Positions 1 to 9,881 of a stretch of DNA of 64,000 nucleotides are shown piece by piece. The stretch comes from Candidatus Krumholzibacteriia bacterium. GTDB taxonomy: Bacteria; Krumholzibacteriota; Krumholzibacteriia; LZORAL124-64-63. Position 1 is the first letter of the stretch; each line of letters starts with the position of its first letter. The notes beneath the pieces were generated by a model, which worked only from the letters and a program-made list of their open reading frames with translations, was not told the DNA's origin and did no database searches. Made by a program: the position numbers and the translations under genes. The stretch covers positions 1 through 64,000 of the forward strand of contig JBFXKG010000004.1 in the NCBI GenBank assembly GCA_050174015.1, given 5' to 3'.

Positions 1-1131
1 GGCGATCACCAGATCGGTGTCCCCGGTGGCGAAGGGGGTGTAGAGGACCTCGGCATTCGCCCAGACCGGGTCATCGTGCCGGTCCCAGATCCATTCCGCA
101 ATCTGATCAGGGTTGGTCGTCCCCCAGTAGTTGCCGCGGAAGTCATAATTAACTACCCCATCACCATCATTCTGGACACAAACAACCGAATAATCACTTG
201 GACCTTTATCCAGCTGGCAATATCGAATACTAGATGGTCCACCCTTGTCAAGAGTTACGATACTCCGGGATCCGCCAATAAGGGTGGAATTCCTTACATT
301 CAAAACATTTCCAAATCCTAAGGAAACGATTGCATCCAACCCTCCCGATATTTCGCACCCATCGATTGTGGCCGAAGAATAACTTTGGTTGACCACAACT
401 CCGACCCCATAGGTGTCATAAATACGGCTTTGCAAAAGGGAAATGCTCCCTCCTGCCGAAACGGAAACACCATTCCCCCCCCCATACATTTCGCAATTCC
501 GGACAACAACATCATTCACCGCATGAAACAAAAGGGAACTCACCTCCAAGGTGCACCCCTCGATCACGATGCCCGTCCCCGTTCCCAACAATGTGATCCC
601 ATGGTTATACAAAATCGTGGAGTGGAAATGGGAGTTCCAGACACCTCCTCCCTCACCAGAAGAATACCAACCAATTCCTGTTTCATTCCCAAGAAAATGG
701 CATCCCTCCACGAACAACCTGCCATAATCCAGCCAAATCCCATTTCCCGAATTCCTCAATGTCAGGTTCTCGATCCGCAGGTCACCCGTCAGATCGAAGG
801 CGATCGCCTTGCTTTCCCTCCCGGCGTATGCCGCCGGGCCAACGATGGTATCGTCGGGACCGGATCCGATGAGGGTCAGATCGGGATCCTTCACCAACCC
901 GGAAACATCGAGCCACCCGCCAGCATTCGGCAGGTACTGCGGCGTCATCTCCGGGTATTCCCCCGGACCGATCAGGACAGTATCCCCCGCCGCGCAGGCA
1001 TCCAAGGCCGGCTGCAACGTCGTGAAATCGCCGCTCCCGTCCCGCTCGACCCTCCAGGTCGCACCGCCGGCGCCCGTGACCGGCCCCGCCGCCAGGATCA
1101 TGCCGGCAACCATCATATTCCAGAACCTCAT
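1..1131 (-). CDS. Secreted right-handed beta-helix (pectin-lyase-like) protein, 3'-partial; paralog of 57456..59270
   Basis: Read by hand (absent from ORF track because it runs off the window): MRFWNMMVAGMILAAG..WRVERDGSGDFTTLQPALDACAAGDTVLIGPGEY; AAGGAG RBS upstream; collinear with 57456..59270. Confidence 0.85.
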   Translation of the reverse strand, partial: MRFWNMMVAGMILAAGPVTGAGGATWRVERDGSGDFTTLQPALDACAAGDTVLIGPGEYPEMTPQYLPNAGGWLDVSGLVKDPDLTLIGSGPDDTIVGPAAYAGRESKAIAFDLTGDLRIENLTLRNSGNGIWLDYGRLFVEGCHFLGNETGIGWYSSGEGGGVWNSHFHSTILYNHGITLLGTGTGIVIEGCTLEVSSLLFHAVNDVVVRNCEMYGGGNGVSVSAGGSISLLQSRIYDTYGVGVVVNQSYSSATIDGCEISGGLDAIVSLGFGNVLNVRNSTLIGGSRSIVTLDKGGPSSIRYCQLDKGPSDYSVVCVQNDGDGVVNYDFRGNYWGTTNPDQIAEWIWDRHDDPVWANAEVLYTPFATGDTDLVIA

Positions 1132-1172
1132 CGCGACTCCTTCAGGGGGGCCTGAATCACGCCCCCCGGTCT

Positions 1173-1320
1173 TCAGGGCTGCATACAGACCTTGAACCGA
1201 TAGGCCCCCGACCACACGCTCCAGACCTCATGCTGCGCATCCAGCCCGCTGTAGGCCTGGAACGTGACCGAACAGCCGGACCCTCCGCAGATCTGGTTCC
1301 GCAGGATCAGGACATGGGAT
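1173..1320 (-). pseudogene. Orphan 3' gene fragment
   Basis: GC3-rich codons (SHVLILRNQICGG...FKVCMQP*) abut an AT-rich promoter region; the ORF-track ATG (1436) lies inside the predicted -10. Confidence 0.4.
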
Positions 1321-1431
1321 AACAACCCTCCGATGATGCCCATTTGATGGTTCGTCAGGAAAATCCGTATTCCTTGGCGATTTCCCGTCAATTGAGGGAA
1401 AAAATCAGCGACATAGGATTGCGCACCTTTG

Positions 1432-1460
1432 AGCATACCCTATTCGAGGGATGTTTTCAA
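1432..1460 (-). promoter_or_regulatory. sigma70-like promoter
   Basis: TTGAAA-17bp-TATGCT. Confidence 0.5.
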
Positions 1461-1546
1461 CGAGCAAAATCCTTATGAATCATACAGATACATAAAGCTC
1501 AGCTGAGGTCCCTGAGGATCCCCGACCCCACTCCCCCCACTGCGGG

Positions 1547-3475
1547 ATGGGATGGATAGACAACCACCCATATGGTGCGGGAATTGCCCCGAACCATCCT
1601 CTCCCGGAACAGGAACCGGCTGCCGGACCGATGGCCCAGCGCATCCAACGCCTCGAATGGTGGACAGGAGCGGGCGACCCTTCCCGGCTGTCCCGTGCGG
1701 GTTTCCACCTTTTGGTCTGGCCGCGATTCGCGGCAGGCGTCGCTGCCATCAGGGCCCGGTGCAGGACCCGGAAGGGGCTGAAGAATCCTGCTGCTCCTAT
1801 GGTGGCGGTTTTCCAAGTCCATCCTCGTGTCGCCGTCCTCGATGTCCGCTGCGCAACGGTGGAGGATCTGGAAATCCTGCTGGGCTACGTCCTCGAACCG
1901 GCTTTCCGGGCCGGGTGTTCGCTGCGGGTGCACGCGGACAAGAGACTCGAGGAACTCGACCCGGCCGCGTTCATCGACTCCCAGTGGCGCTGTCCCTGGA
2001 CCTTCGAACGATTGCGGCACCTGGCCGCGGTCTACGCCGAACCGGTCCCGATCGCGGCGGACCCGCCGCCATCGCGGTGGCGACGGTTGTTGGGGAGGCT
2101 GTCCCTGCGCAGGGACACCCCGGCGCTCCTGGTGCCCCGTCTCGATCCCGAGCAGAACGCCGCCGTGGCCGCGGGCGACGGTGTGGTGCAGATCATCGCC
2201 CCGGCCGGCAGCGGCAAGACCACCGTGCTGGTCGAGCGGGTGCGCGAGCTTCACCGCCGCGGCACGCCCTGCGAGCGCATCCTCTGCTCCACCTTCAACC
2301 GCGACGCCTGCCGGGAAATGGCGGCGCGGCTCAAGGCCCAGGGGCTCGAAGGCGTCCAGGTGCGCAGCTTCCACGGCCTGGGGCTCTGGATCCTCAGGGA
2401 GGAAGGACGGCTGCGGGACCGGATCGGGACGGTGGAGGACGCCGTGTGGGAGGAAATCGCCCGCGAGGCGACGGCCTGTGAGCCCGGATGCGGCGCCTTC
2501 AACGGCGCCGCGGCGCAGGATGCGGTCGGCCGGATCAAGCTGGCCGACATGATCGGCCCGACGGAAGCCTGGTCCCGGGCGGCCGCGGCCGGACCGCGGG
2601 ACAGGGCCGAAGTCCGCGCGTTCGCCCTCTACGAGGAGCACCTGCGCCGCACCGGCATGCTCGACTTCGACGACCTGATCGCCCGGTCGGTGGCCCTGCT
2701 CCAGACCGAGGGACGGGTCCGGGCGAAGTGGCAGGCACGGTTCGAACGGGTGCTGGTGGACGAGTACCAGGACATCGAGCCCGCGCAGGCCCTGCTGATC
2801 GGGCTGCTGGCCGCCCCGCAGGACTCCCTGTTCTGCGTGGGCGACGAGGACCAGTGCATCTACGCCTGGCGCCGCGCCTCGGTGCAGCGGGTCATCGACC
2901 TCGACCGCACCTACCCCGGCCTGGAACGCTATCCCCTGGTGCGCAACTACCGCTGCGGCCGGAGGATCACGCTGGCCTCCCGCAGGCTCATCCGCCACAA
3001 CCGGCAGCGCTTCGACAAGCCGTTGCATCCGGGGATTCCGGAGCCGGGGACCATCGTCCTGCATCGAGTGACGGACCTCCAGGAAGGGGCCGCCCTCGTG
3101 GCTCGCCTGCTCGCCGACGCCGAACCCGGTTCCGCCGCGGTCCTGGCCCGTTCGGGCAGCCTGCTGGCCATGGTGGCGGCGGCGGGCCTGCCCGGGGGGA
3201 TCGAGCCCGCAACCGTCCACGGGTCCAAGGGTCGGGAGTGGGACCGGGTCATCCTGTTCGGCGCCGACGAGGGCCGCTTCCCCCTGGCCCGGGCGATCCG
3301 CGCAGGGGTCATGGGGGGCGACGGCGGCGGGCTCGAGGACGAGCGGCGGCTGTTCTACGTGGCCCTGACCCGGGCGAGGCTGAGGCTGGACGTCGTCTGC
3401 AGCCGGGACAGGCCCAGCCGGTTTCTGAATGAGGCGGGGATCGGAACGAACCCGCTGCGCCTCCGGCTCTCCTGA
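1547..3475 (+). CDS. UvrD/Rep-family SF1 helicase, compact (start uncertain)
   Basis: APAGSGKTT, VDEYQD, VGDEDQCIY, NYRC, TVHGSKGREW, ERRLFYVALTRA. Confidence 0.9.
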   Translation: MGWIDNHPYGAGIAPNHPLPEQEPAAGPMAQRIQRLEWWTGAGDPSRLSRAGFHLLVWPRFAAGVAAIRARCRTRKGLKNPAAPMVAVFQVHPRVAVLDVRCATVEDLEILLGYVLEPAFRAGCSLRVHADKRLEELDPAAFIDSQWRCPWTFERLRHLAAVYAEPVPIAADPPPSRWRRLLGRLSLRRDTPALLVPRLDPEQNAAVAAGDGVVQIIAPAGSGKTTVLVERVRELHRRGTPCERILCSTFNRDACREMAARLKAQGLEGVQVRSFHGLGLWILREEGRLRDRIGTVEDAVWEEIAREATACEPGCGAFNGAAAQDAVGRIKLADMIGPTEAWSRAAAAGPRDRAEVRAFALYEEHLRRTGMLDFDDLIARSVALLQTEGRVRAKWQARFERVLVDEYQDIEPAQALLIGLLAAPQDSLFCVGDEDQCIYAWRRASVQRVIDLDRTYPGLERYPLVRNYRCGRRITLASRRLIRHNRQRFDKPLHPGIPEPGTIVLHRVTDLQEGAALVARLLADAEPGSAAVLARSGSLLAMVAAAGLPGGIEPATVHGSKGREWDRVILFGADEGRFPLARAIRAGVMGGDGGGLEDERRLFYVALTRARLRLDVVCSRDRPSRFLNEAGIGTNPLRLRLS

Positions 3476-3546
3476 GCCATGGGCTTTCCTTCGCTTTTGC
3501 ACCGGCGGGGATTATCTTTTCCCCATCCCCAGCGGAAGGGTGAATT

Positions 3547-3816
3547 ATGTGCCTCGCCATCCCCGGCAAAGTCCTGTCCATCGAGCAGGAGAACGGCCTG
3601 CCCATGGCCGTCATCGACTACGCGGGCGCCCGCAACCGGGCCTGCCTGGCCTACACGCCCGATGCCGTGGTCGGCAGCTACGTCATCGTCCACGCGGGGT
3701 TCGCGCTGCAGGTGCTGAACGAGGAGGAGGCCCTGGCCTCCCTGACCGAGCTCACCCGACTTTCCGGATTGATGGAGGCGGACGCCTCCCGGGATGACCC
3801 GGAGCGGCGGTCGTGA
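3547..3816 (+). CDS. hypC: Hydrogenase maturation chaperone HypC
   Basis: MCLAIPG N-terminus, VHAGFA. Confidence 0.97.
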   Translation: MCLAIPGKVLSIEQENGLPMAVIDYAGARNRACLAYTPDAVVGSYVIVHAGFALQVLNEEEALASLTELTRLSGLMEADASRDDPERRS

Positions 3817-4907
3817 AGTACCTCTCCGAGTTCCGGGATCCCGCCCTGGCCAGGAGCCTGCTGGACCGGATCGCCAGGATGGTGACCCGCCCCTGGACCA
3901 TCATGGAGATCTGCGGCGGCCAGACCCACGCCATCATGCGCCACGGCCTCGATCAGCTGCTCCCGCCGGAGATCACTCTGGTCCACGGCCCCGGCTGCCC
4001 CGTGTGCGTCACCCCTCTTGAGACCATCGACCGCGCCCTTGCCGTCGCCGCCCGGCCCGGGGTGATCTTCACCTCGTTCGGCGACATGCTGCGCGTGCCC
4101 GGCAGCAGCGACGACCTCTTCCGGGTCAAGAGCCGCGGCGGGGACGTCCGCATGGTCTACTCGCCGCTGGAAGCGGTGAAGCTGGCCCGGGAGAATCCCG
4201 ATCACCAGGTCGTCTTTTTGGCCGTGGGCTTCGAGACCACCGCCCCCGGCAACGCCATGGCGATCAAGCAGGCGGCGGCCGAGGGTCTCACGAACTTCAG
4301 CGAGATCACCAGCCACGTCCTGGTGCCGCCGGCCATGGAAGCCATCCTGTCGTCGCCGGACAACCGGGTGCAGGGCTTCCTCGCCGCCGGACACGTGTGC
4401 GCGGTGATGGGCACCGGGCAGTACGGCCCCATCGCCGAGAAGCACCGGGTTCCCATCGTTCCGGCCGGATTCGAACCGGTGGACATCCTTCAGGCGATCC
4501 TGCAGACCGTCCGCATGCTGGAAAGCGGCGAAGCCGGGGTGGTCAACGCCTACGGCCGCGTGGTGCGCGACGAGGGCAATCCCGCCGCCCGTGCGGTGAT
4601 GGACGAGGTCTTCACCGTCTGCGACCGCAAGTGGCGCGGCATCGGGACGATCCCCGGCAGCGGGCTGCGGATCCGTGACGAGCTCGCCCCCTTCGACGCC
4701 GAGAAGACGTTCCCCGTCGGCGACATCACCACCAGCGAGTCGCCCGACTGCATCAGCGGGCTCATCCTGCAGGGAATCCGAAAACCCCACGAGTGCCAGG
4801 CTTTCGGCGCGGCCTGCTCCCCCCTGCATCCCCTGGGAGCCACCATGGTCTCCAGCGAGGGCGCGTGCGCCGCCTACTTCAAGTACGCCCGGCGAGGTGG
4901 ACCGTGA
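3813..4907 (+). CDS. hypD: Hydrogenase maturation protein HypD
   Basis: [27 protein letters not shown]. Confidence 0.97.
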   Translation: MKYLSEFRDPALARSLLDRIARMVTRPWTIMEICGGQTHAIMRHGLDQLLPPEITLVHGPGCPVCVTPLETIDRALAVAARPGVIFTSFGDMLRVPGSSDDLFRVKSRGGDVRMVYSPLEAVKLARENPDHQVVFLAVGFETTAPGNAMAIKQAAAEGLTNFSEITSHVLVPPAMEAILSSPDNRVQGFLAAGHVCAVMGTGQYGPIAEKHRVPIVPAGFEPVDILQAILQTVRMLESGEAGVVNAYGRVVRDEGNPAARAVMDEVFTVCDRKWRGIGTIPGSGLRIRDELAPFDAEKTFPVGDITTSESPDCISGLILQGIRKPHECQAFGAACSPLHPLGATMVSSEGACAAYFKYARRGGP

Positions 4908-5962
4908 ACGACCGTCCCGATTTCGGCCGCCTGGCCTGCCCCATGCCCCTGCTCGATCACGACACGGTGCAACTGGCCCACGGTGCAGGCGGGCGCCTGA
5001 GCGCCCAGCTGATCGAGAAGCTGATCCTGCCGCGATTCACCAGCTTGGAGCTGGACCGCCTCGAGGACCAGGCCGTGCTCGATCTGCCGCCCGGCCGGAT
5101 CGCCTTCAGCACCGACACCTTCGTGGTCGATCCGATCTTCTTTCCGGGAGGGGACATCGGCGATCTGGCGGTCAACGGCACGGTCAACGACGTGGCCATG
5201 AGCGGGGCCGAGGTCACGGCATTGAGCGTGGGCTTCGTGCTTGAGGAGGGATTCCCGCTGGCGGACTTCCACCGCATCCTCTGCTCCATGGAAGCGGCGG
5301 CAAAGACGGCCGGTGTGCGCATCGTCACCGGCGACACCAAGGTCGTGGGCCGCGGCGGGTGCGACAGGATCTTCATCAACACCTCCGGCATCGGCGTGAT
5401 CCCGGGCGGGATCGTTCTCTCGGCCGCCTCCCTGCAACCCGGCGACGCCGTCCTGGTCTCGGGCACCCTGGCCGACCACGGCATGGCCATCATGAGCCGG
5501 CGCGAGGGCCTGAGCTTCACCGCCGGCATCACGAGCGACACCGCGGCGCTGAACGGCCTGGTCGGAGATCTGCTGGCCGCCTGCCCGGGCGTGCGGGCCC
5601 TGCGCGACCCCACCCGCGGCGGCCTGGCCACGACCCTCAACGAGTTCGCGGCGGCCAGCAGGGTGGGTGTCCTGCTGGAGGAGGAGGCCGTCCCGGTGCG
5701 GCCGGAAGTCCTGGGCGCCTGCGAGATCCTGGGCATCGACCCCCTGTACGTGGCCAACGAGGGCAAGCTCGTCGCGGTCGTTCCGGTCGATCAGGCCGAC
5801 GCGGCCCTGGCGGCCCTGCAGGCCCACCCGCTCGGCCGGGACGCCCGGATCATCGGCAGGGTGCGCGCCGAGCACCCCGGCATGGTGGGCATGCGGACGG
5901 CTCTGGGATCGGAGCGCATCGTGGACATGCCCGTCGGCGAGCAGCTGCCGCGGATCTGCTGA
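4904..5962 (+). CDS. hypE: Hydrogenase maturation protein HypE
   Basis: GTG overlapping hypD stop; LAHGAGG, DPTRGG, C-terminal PRIC. Confidence 0.97.
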   Translation: MNDRPDFGRLACPMPLLDHDTVQLAHGAGGRLSAQLIEKLILPRFTSLELDRLEDQAVLDLPPGRIAFSTDTFVVDPIFFPGGDIGDLAVNGTVNDVAMSGAEVTALSVGFVLEEGFPLADFHRILCSMEAAAKTAGVRIVTGDTKVVGRGGCDRIFINTSGIGVIPGGIVLSAASLQPGDAVLVSGTLADHGMAIMSRREGLSFTAGITSDTAALNGLVGDLLAACPGVRALRDPTRGGLATTLNEFAAASRVGVLLEEEAVPVRPEVLGACEILGIDPLYVANEGKLVAVVPVDQADAALAALQAHPLGRDARIIGRVRAEHPGMVGMRTALGSERIVDMPVGEQLPRIC

Positions 5963-5986
5963 CGGGGCCTCTGCTAGCACGGCCTC

Positions 5987-6015
5987 TTGACCGGGAGCCA
6001 AAATTCCCGTACCAT
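5987..6015 (+). promoter_or_regulatory. sigma70-like promoter
   Basis: TTGACC-17bp-TACCAT. Confidence 0.6.
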
Positions 6016-6132
6016 CCTGCCATGACCTCTTGCTAAAGACTGGAACAAACAGGCTCGTTCGCGACCGCGGCGCCGGCAGTCGGCACCATCCCCTGGGCGG
6101 CCTTGTCGTTCCTCATAGCAAGGGGGTTTTTC

Positions 6133-6852
6133 ATGTCCGCACCCTGTCTCCCCTCCCTTCCCCGGCTCCGCCGCCTGCCCCGGGGACCCTTCCTGGCCGT
6201 CTGGCTGCTCATCATCGGGCCCTGGTGGCTCTCCCACGAGGCCTGCGCCCAGGAGGTCGGCGGTCCGGCCGAAGCCCCCTCGGCAGACCTGCCCTGGACC
6301 GGAGCCCTCGACCCCGAACTCGAGCTCGGGCTGCAATGGCTCGTCCTCAGCGAGGGCGACATGGACGCCACCTACGGCGGATTGCCCCTGGCCCACCTGC
6401 GGATCTCCATGCAGGCCAGCCGGTCCGTCCGGTTCTACCTGGGCCTGGGGTACGGCCGGTCCGACGGGAATCCCTACTACGGGGTGCCTGCCTTCGAGGG
6501 CGAGGGCGACTCGGAACTGATGGCGGTGCCCGTCCAGATGGGCATCCGGGGCAACGTGACCCCCAACGCCGCGTTCCGGCTGAACCTGGGGTGCTTCTTC
6601 GAAGGGACCTGGATCCGGGAGACGCTTCCCTCCCGCTATCCCCTGGACCCCTCCTCCCGCATCCGCGAGGAAGGCTGGACCCGGGGCGTGGGATTCACCT
6701 TCGGCCCCGAGTGGCGCTCCCGTGACGGCGGCCGCGCGGCGGGCTTCGAGGGCGTCATGACCGGCAACAGCGGCGGCATCGGAGAAGGCGCCAACCACGA
6801 CGTCAACCTCTCGGGCATGGCCGCCCGCTTCTACTTCACAACCCGGATCTGA
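6133..6852 (+). CDS. Probable outer-membrane beta-barrel protein
   Basis: Signal-like N-terminus, alternating amphipathic strands, C-terminal RFYFTTRI; start uncertain. Confidence 0.55.
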   Translation: MSAPCLPSLPRLRRLPRGPFLAVWLLIIGPWWLSHEACAQEVGGPAEAPSADLPWTGALDPELELGLQWLVLSEGDMDATYGGLPLAHLRISMQASRSVRFYLGLGYGRSDGNPYYGVPAFEGEGDSELMAVPVQMGIRGNVTPNAAFRLNLGCFFEGTWIRETLPSRYPLDPSSRIREEGWTRGVGFTFGPEWRSRDGGRAAGFEGVMTGNSGGIGEGANHDVNLSGMAARFYFTTRI

Positions 6853-6867
6853 GAAGGGAGGACCATC

Positions 6868-7956
6868 ATGACCACGCGCATCATCCTCGTCGCCTGCCTG
6901 GCCGGCCTCCTGGGGGCATCGGTCGGCGAGGACGCCCGGGCCGACGGCATGTACGTCGCGCCCTGGGGCTACGAGATCTACGAGCCTGCCCAGCTGGCCT
7001 TCATCCGGTACGATGCGGGCGCCGAGACTGAAGAGCTGAGCATCATGCCCAAGTTCCACGGCGAGCCCACGGATTTCGCCTGGGTGGTGCCCATTCCCGC
7101 GCTGCCCGAGGTGTCCGAGGCCGATCCGCAGCTGTTCGTGGACCTGGCCGAGCTGTCCCGCCCGGCGTACCGGTCCCGGGATTCCTTCTGGGGTTGCGAG
7201 GAGGAGTACCTCACCGCCGATTATGGGGCCCTGGAAGGCCGCGACGGCGTCGAGATCATCGACGAGGAGGTCGTCGGCATCTACCGCACCATGACGCTGG
7301 GCGCGGACGACGCCACGGCCCTGATGGACTCCCTGACGGCCTGGGGCTTCCTGCACGAGGGCAACCGGGACGAGGTCGAGCCCATGATCCGGTCCTACGT
7401 GGACCGGGATTACTACTTCGTGACCATGGAGGTGGACTCCGCCTCCATCGCAGGCTGGTACGGCGGCTACGGCAAGGACCGCCCCCGGCCCGCCGGCAAG
7501 GCCGTCGCGCCTTCCTACTATTATCCGTCCCTGCAGCCGGTCACCTTCAGCTTCGCCTCGGCCGAGATCGTCTATCCCCTGCGGATCTCGGCGGTCAGCG
7601 CCTACGAGATCAGCTCGGTGATCCTCTACGTCGCGGCGGATCATCGCCAGACCTTCGACGGCGCCTCGACCGGTTACGCCAACCGGGTGACCCCCGGCGA
7701 GCTGTCCGCCCTGCGGGGGGCGTACCCTGCGGCCGGTATCCAGCTGCGGGCCGGGGACTTCCTGACGAAGCTGCAAAGGCGATACACGCCGAACGAGATG
7801 GATGCGGACATCGTCCTGAGGCGGGCGGACGATGATGCGGAGTATCTGGCCGTCCACTACTCGGGGTGGCCGTTCTGGTCCCTGGTGTTCGCCACGGTGA
7901 CGGCGGCCTGGGTGGTCGTGCGGCGCAGGGTGGCCAGGGTCACTCGGGCCAGGTGA
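6868..7956 (+). CDS. DUF2330-like exported protein with C-terminal TM anchor
   Basis: Signal peptide, DFAWVVPIP motif, C-terminal hydrophobic helix plus RRR; GGAGG RBS. Confidence 0.75.
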   Translation: MTTRIILVACLAGLLGASVGEDARADGMYVAPWGYEIYEPAQLAFIRYDAGAETEELSIMPKFHGEPTDFAWVVPIPALPEVSEADPQLFVDLAELSRPAYRSRDSFWGCEEEYLTADYGALEGRDGVEIIDEEVVGIYRTMTLGADDATALMDSLTAWGFLHEGNRDEVEPMIRSYVDRDYYFVTMEVDSASIAGWYGGYGKDRPRPAGKAVAPSYYYPSLQPVTFSFASAEIVYPLRISAVSAYEISSVILYVAADHRQTFDGASTGYANRVTPGELSALRGAYPAAGIQLRAGDFLTKLQRRYTPNEMDADIVLRRADDDAEYLAVHYSGWPFWSLVFATVTAAWVVVRRRVARVTRAR

Positions 7957-8419
7957 AGGCCTGGCGCAGGCATTCGATGGTCTGGTCGCGGTCGAGGGTG
8001 TCGACCACCACCGAGATGCTGTTGATCGACGAGCAGACGGTCTGGGCCTCGATGCCCTCGAGGCCCAGGGCGCAAAATACCTGGCTGGCCAGGGCCGGTC
8101 GGTCCAGGAAGTGCGGTCCGTAGAGGGTGAGGATCGCCACCGGAGCCCGCACCTCGAGCTTGTCGGGCGCGAATTCCGCGCGAATCTCCTCGAGGATGTG
8201 CCGGTTGTCCGCCAGGTCGCCCGTCAGGACGCAGAAGGACATGTTCTTGTCCCCGCGGGGACCGTTCCCGATGCTCAGGTAGCTCAGGGTGATGCCGGCC
8301 TGCCCGAACTTGTCCAGCACGCCGCAGGCCTGGCCGGGCCTCCAGTCGTAACCCAGGACCTCGACCAGGCACAGATCGTTGCGTTCGATCAGCCCCCCGC
8401 AGGGGATCTTGACGTTCAC
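7940..8419 (-). CDS. Stand-alone tandem ACT-domain protein (aspartokinase regulatory-like)
   Basis: RPGQACGVLDKFGQAGI and RPALASQVFCALGLEGI..SSINSISVVV ACT repeats; coupled to the kinase gene. Confidence 0.75.
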   Translation of the reverse strand: MNVKIPCGGLIERNDLCLVEVLGYDWRPGQACGVLDKFGQAGITLSYLSIGNGPRGDKNMSFCVLTGDLADNRHILEEIRAEFAPDKLEVRAPVAILTLYGPHFLDRPALASQVFCALGLEGIEAQTVCSSINSISVVVDTLDRDQTIECLRQAFTWPE

Positions 8420-9831
8420 GAACCCGCCTCCGCGGAAACCGAAGGTGATCGGGGCGGCGGTCCCTCCCCCGCTCGCTCCCCTCCGGACGAAGGGAAGGGC
8501 AGGGTGACCGTGAAGGTGGAACCCCGGCCCGGTGCGCTGTGCAGGGACACCTGCCCCCCCAGCTGCTTGACGAACTTCCTGACGATGGGCAGGCCCAGGC
8601 CCGTGCCCATGTTGGTCATCTCCTGGGCGGCCGGGGTCCGGTAGAACTCCTCGAAGATGCGGTCCTGGTCGGCGGGATCGATCCCGATCCCCTGGTCGGC
8701 GACTTCCAGCTTCAGGCCCCCGTCCGCGGACTTCAGGGCGATCCGGACCTGCCCGCCGTCCCGGTTGTAGCGGACGGCGTTGCTCGCCAGGTTCTGGATG
8801 ATCTTCTCCAGCATGCTGCGGCTGCTGACCACCGTGACGGGGGACCCCGGCAGATCCAGTTCGAAGGTGATCCTGCGGCGGGAGGCCAGCTCGTGCAGAT
8901 CCTCGGCGGTGCGGGCGATCAGCCTGTTCAGGTCCACTTCGCCCATGTTCTCGGCCCCGAGATCGCCCCCCCTGGTGAAGTCGGCCAGGTTCCGCACCAT
9001 CTCGCCCGCGAGTTCCAGCCGGCCCACCGCGCGGCTGAGCATGTCCTCGACCGCCGGCGCCATGCGGGCCGCACCCAGCTCCAGCGCCGTTTCCACCGCG
9101 CTCTGCGCCGTGCTCACCGGACTCTTGATCTCGTGCGTCACGAAGCGGAAGAAGTCCATCTTGGCCCGGTCCGCGGCGATCAGGGCCTGCTGTCTGACCA
9201 CGAGCTCGTCCTTGATCGCCCGGTTGTGCTTCATGATCGAGGCCCCGATGTAGGCCGAGAACAGCAGCACCAGGTAGAACGAGGCCAGGGTCATGAGGAT
9301 GAAGGGTACTTCGTGCGTCAGGTCCCCCACGCTGTGCAGGTGGTGGTGGGGGAGGAATCCGAAGTACTCGCCCGCCACGTCGGCGGTGAACAGGACGATG
9401 GCCAGCCAGGCGATTTGGAAGATCTCGCGTCCCTTGAACAGCAGGCTCGCGATGATCACGTGCAGGATGTACATGTAGAGCAGGGGGTTCTCGATGCCGC
9501 CGGACAGGTTCAGGAAGACCGTCAGGGCCACCAGATCGCCCACCATCTGCATCTTCACGTGGCGCAGCTCGACCCGGATGTTCCGCGGCGGCACGCGCCG
9601 GTTGCGCACCACGTACGCCAGGTTCAGGACCAGCAGGACCCCCACCACGCCCAGCAGGGGGGCCTGGACCAGCTCGTTGTCGATGACCCGGTCCGCAAGC
9701 AGGGTGGCCAGCAGGATGCAGCCGGCCGCACCCCAGCGCAGCTTGTTGAACCAGTCCAGCCTCACCCGCAACGATGCGGCCGACACGAAGTGGCTGGACT
9801 GCTCGTCGATGCGGTCGTGCTCGTCTGCCAC
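8416..9831 (-). CDS. Membrane sensor histidine kinase
   Basis: About 6 TM helices; VTHEIKSP H-box, NAVRYN, DQGIGI, GTGLGL. Confidence 0.93.
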   Translation of the reverse strand: MADEHDRIDEQSSHFVSAASLRVRLDWFNKLRWGAAGCILLATLLADRVIDNELVQAPLLGVVGVLLVLNLAYVVRNRRVPPRNIRVELRHVKMQMVGDLVALTVFLNLSGGIENPLLYMYILHVIIASLLFKGREIFQIAWLAIVLFTADVAGEYFGFLPHHHLHSVGDLTHEVPFILMTLASFYLVLLFSAYIGASIMKHNRAIKDELVVRQQALIAADRAKMDFFRFVTHEIKSPVSTAQSAVETALELGAARMAPAVEDMLSRAVGRLELAGEMVRNLADFTRGGDLGAENMGEVDLNRLIARTAEDLHELASRRRITFELDLPGSPVTVVSSRSMLEKIIQNLASNAVRYNRDGGQVRIALKSADGGLKLEVADQGIGIDPADQDRIFEEFYRTPAAQEMTNMGTGLGLPIVRKFVKQLGGQVSLHSAPGRGSTFTVTLPFPSSGGERAGEGPPPRSPSVSAEAGS

Positions 9832-9881
9832 GAAACCCCCTCTTCCGGGACGGGCCCGACGGGAGGGCCGCCCCGCGCCGG

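Noticed and set aside
3547..5962. Absence of hypA/hypB/hypF as a novelty
   Set aside because: These genes are often elsewhere in the genome; this cannot be judged from one window.
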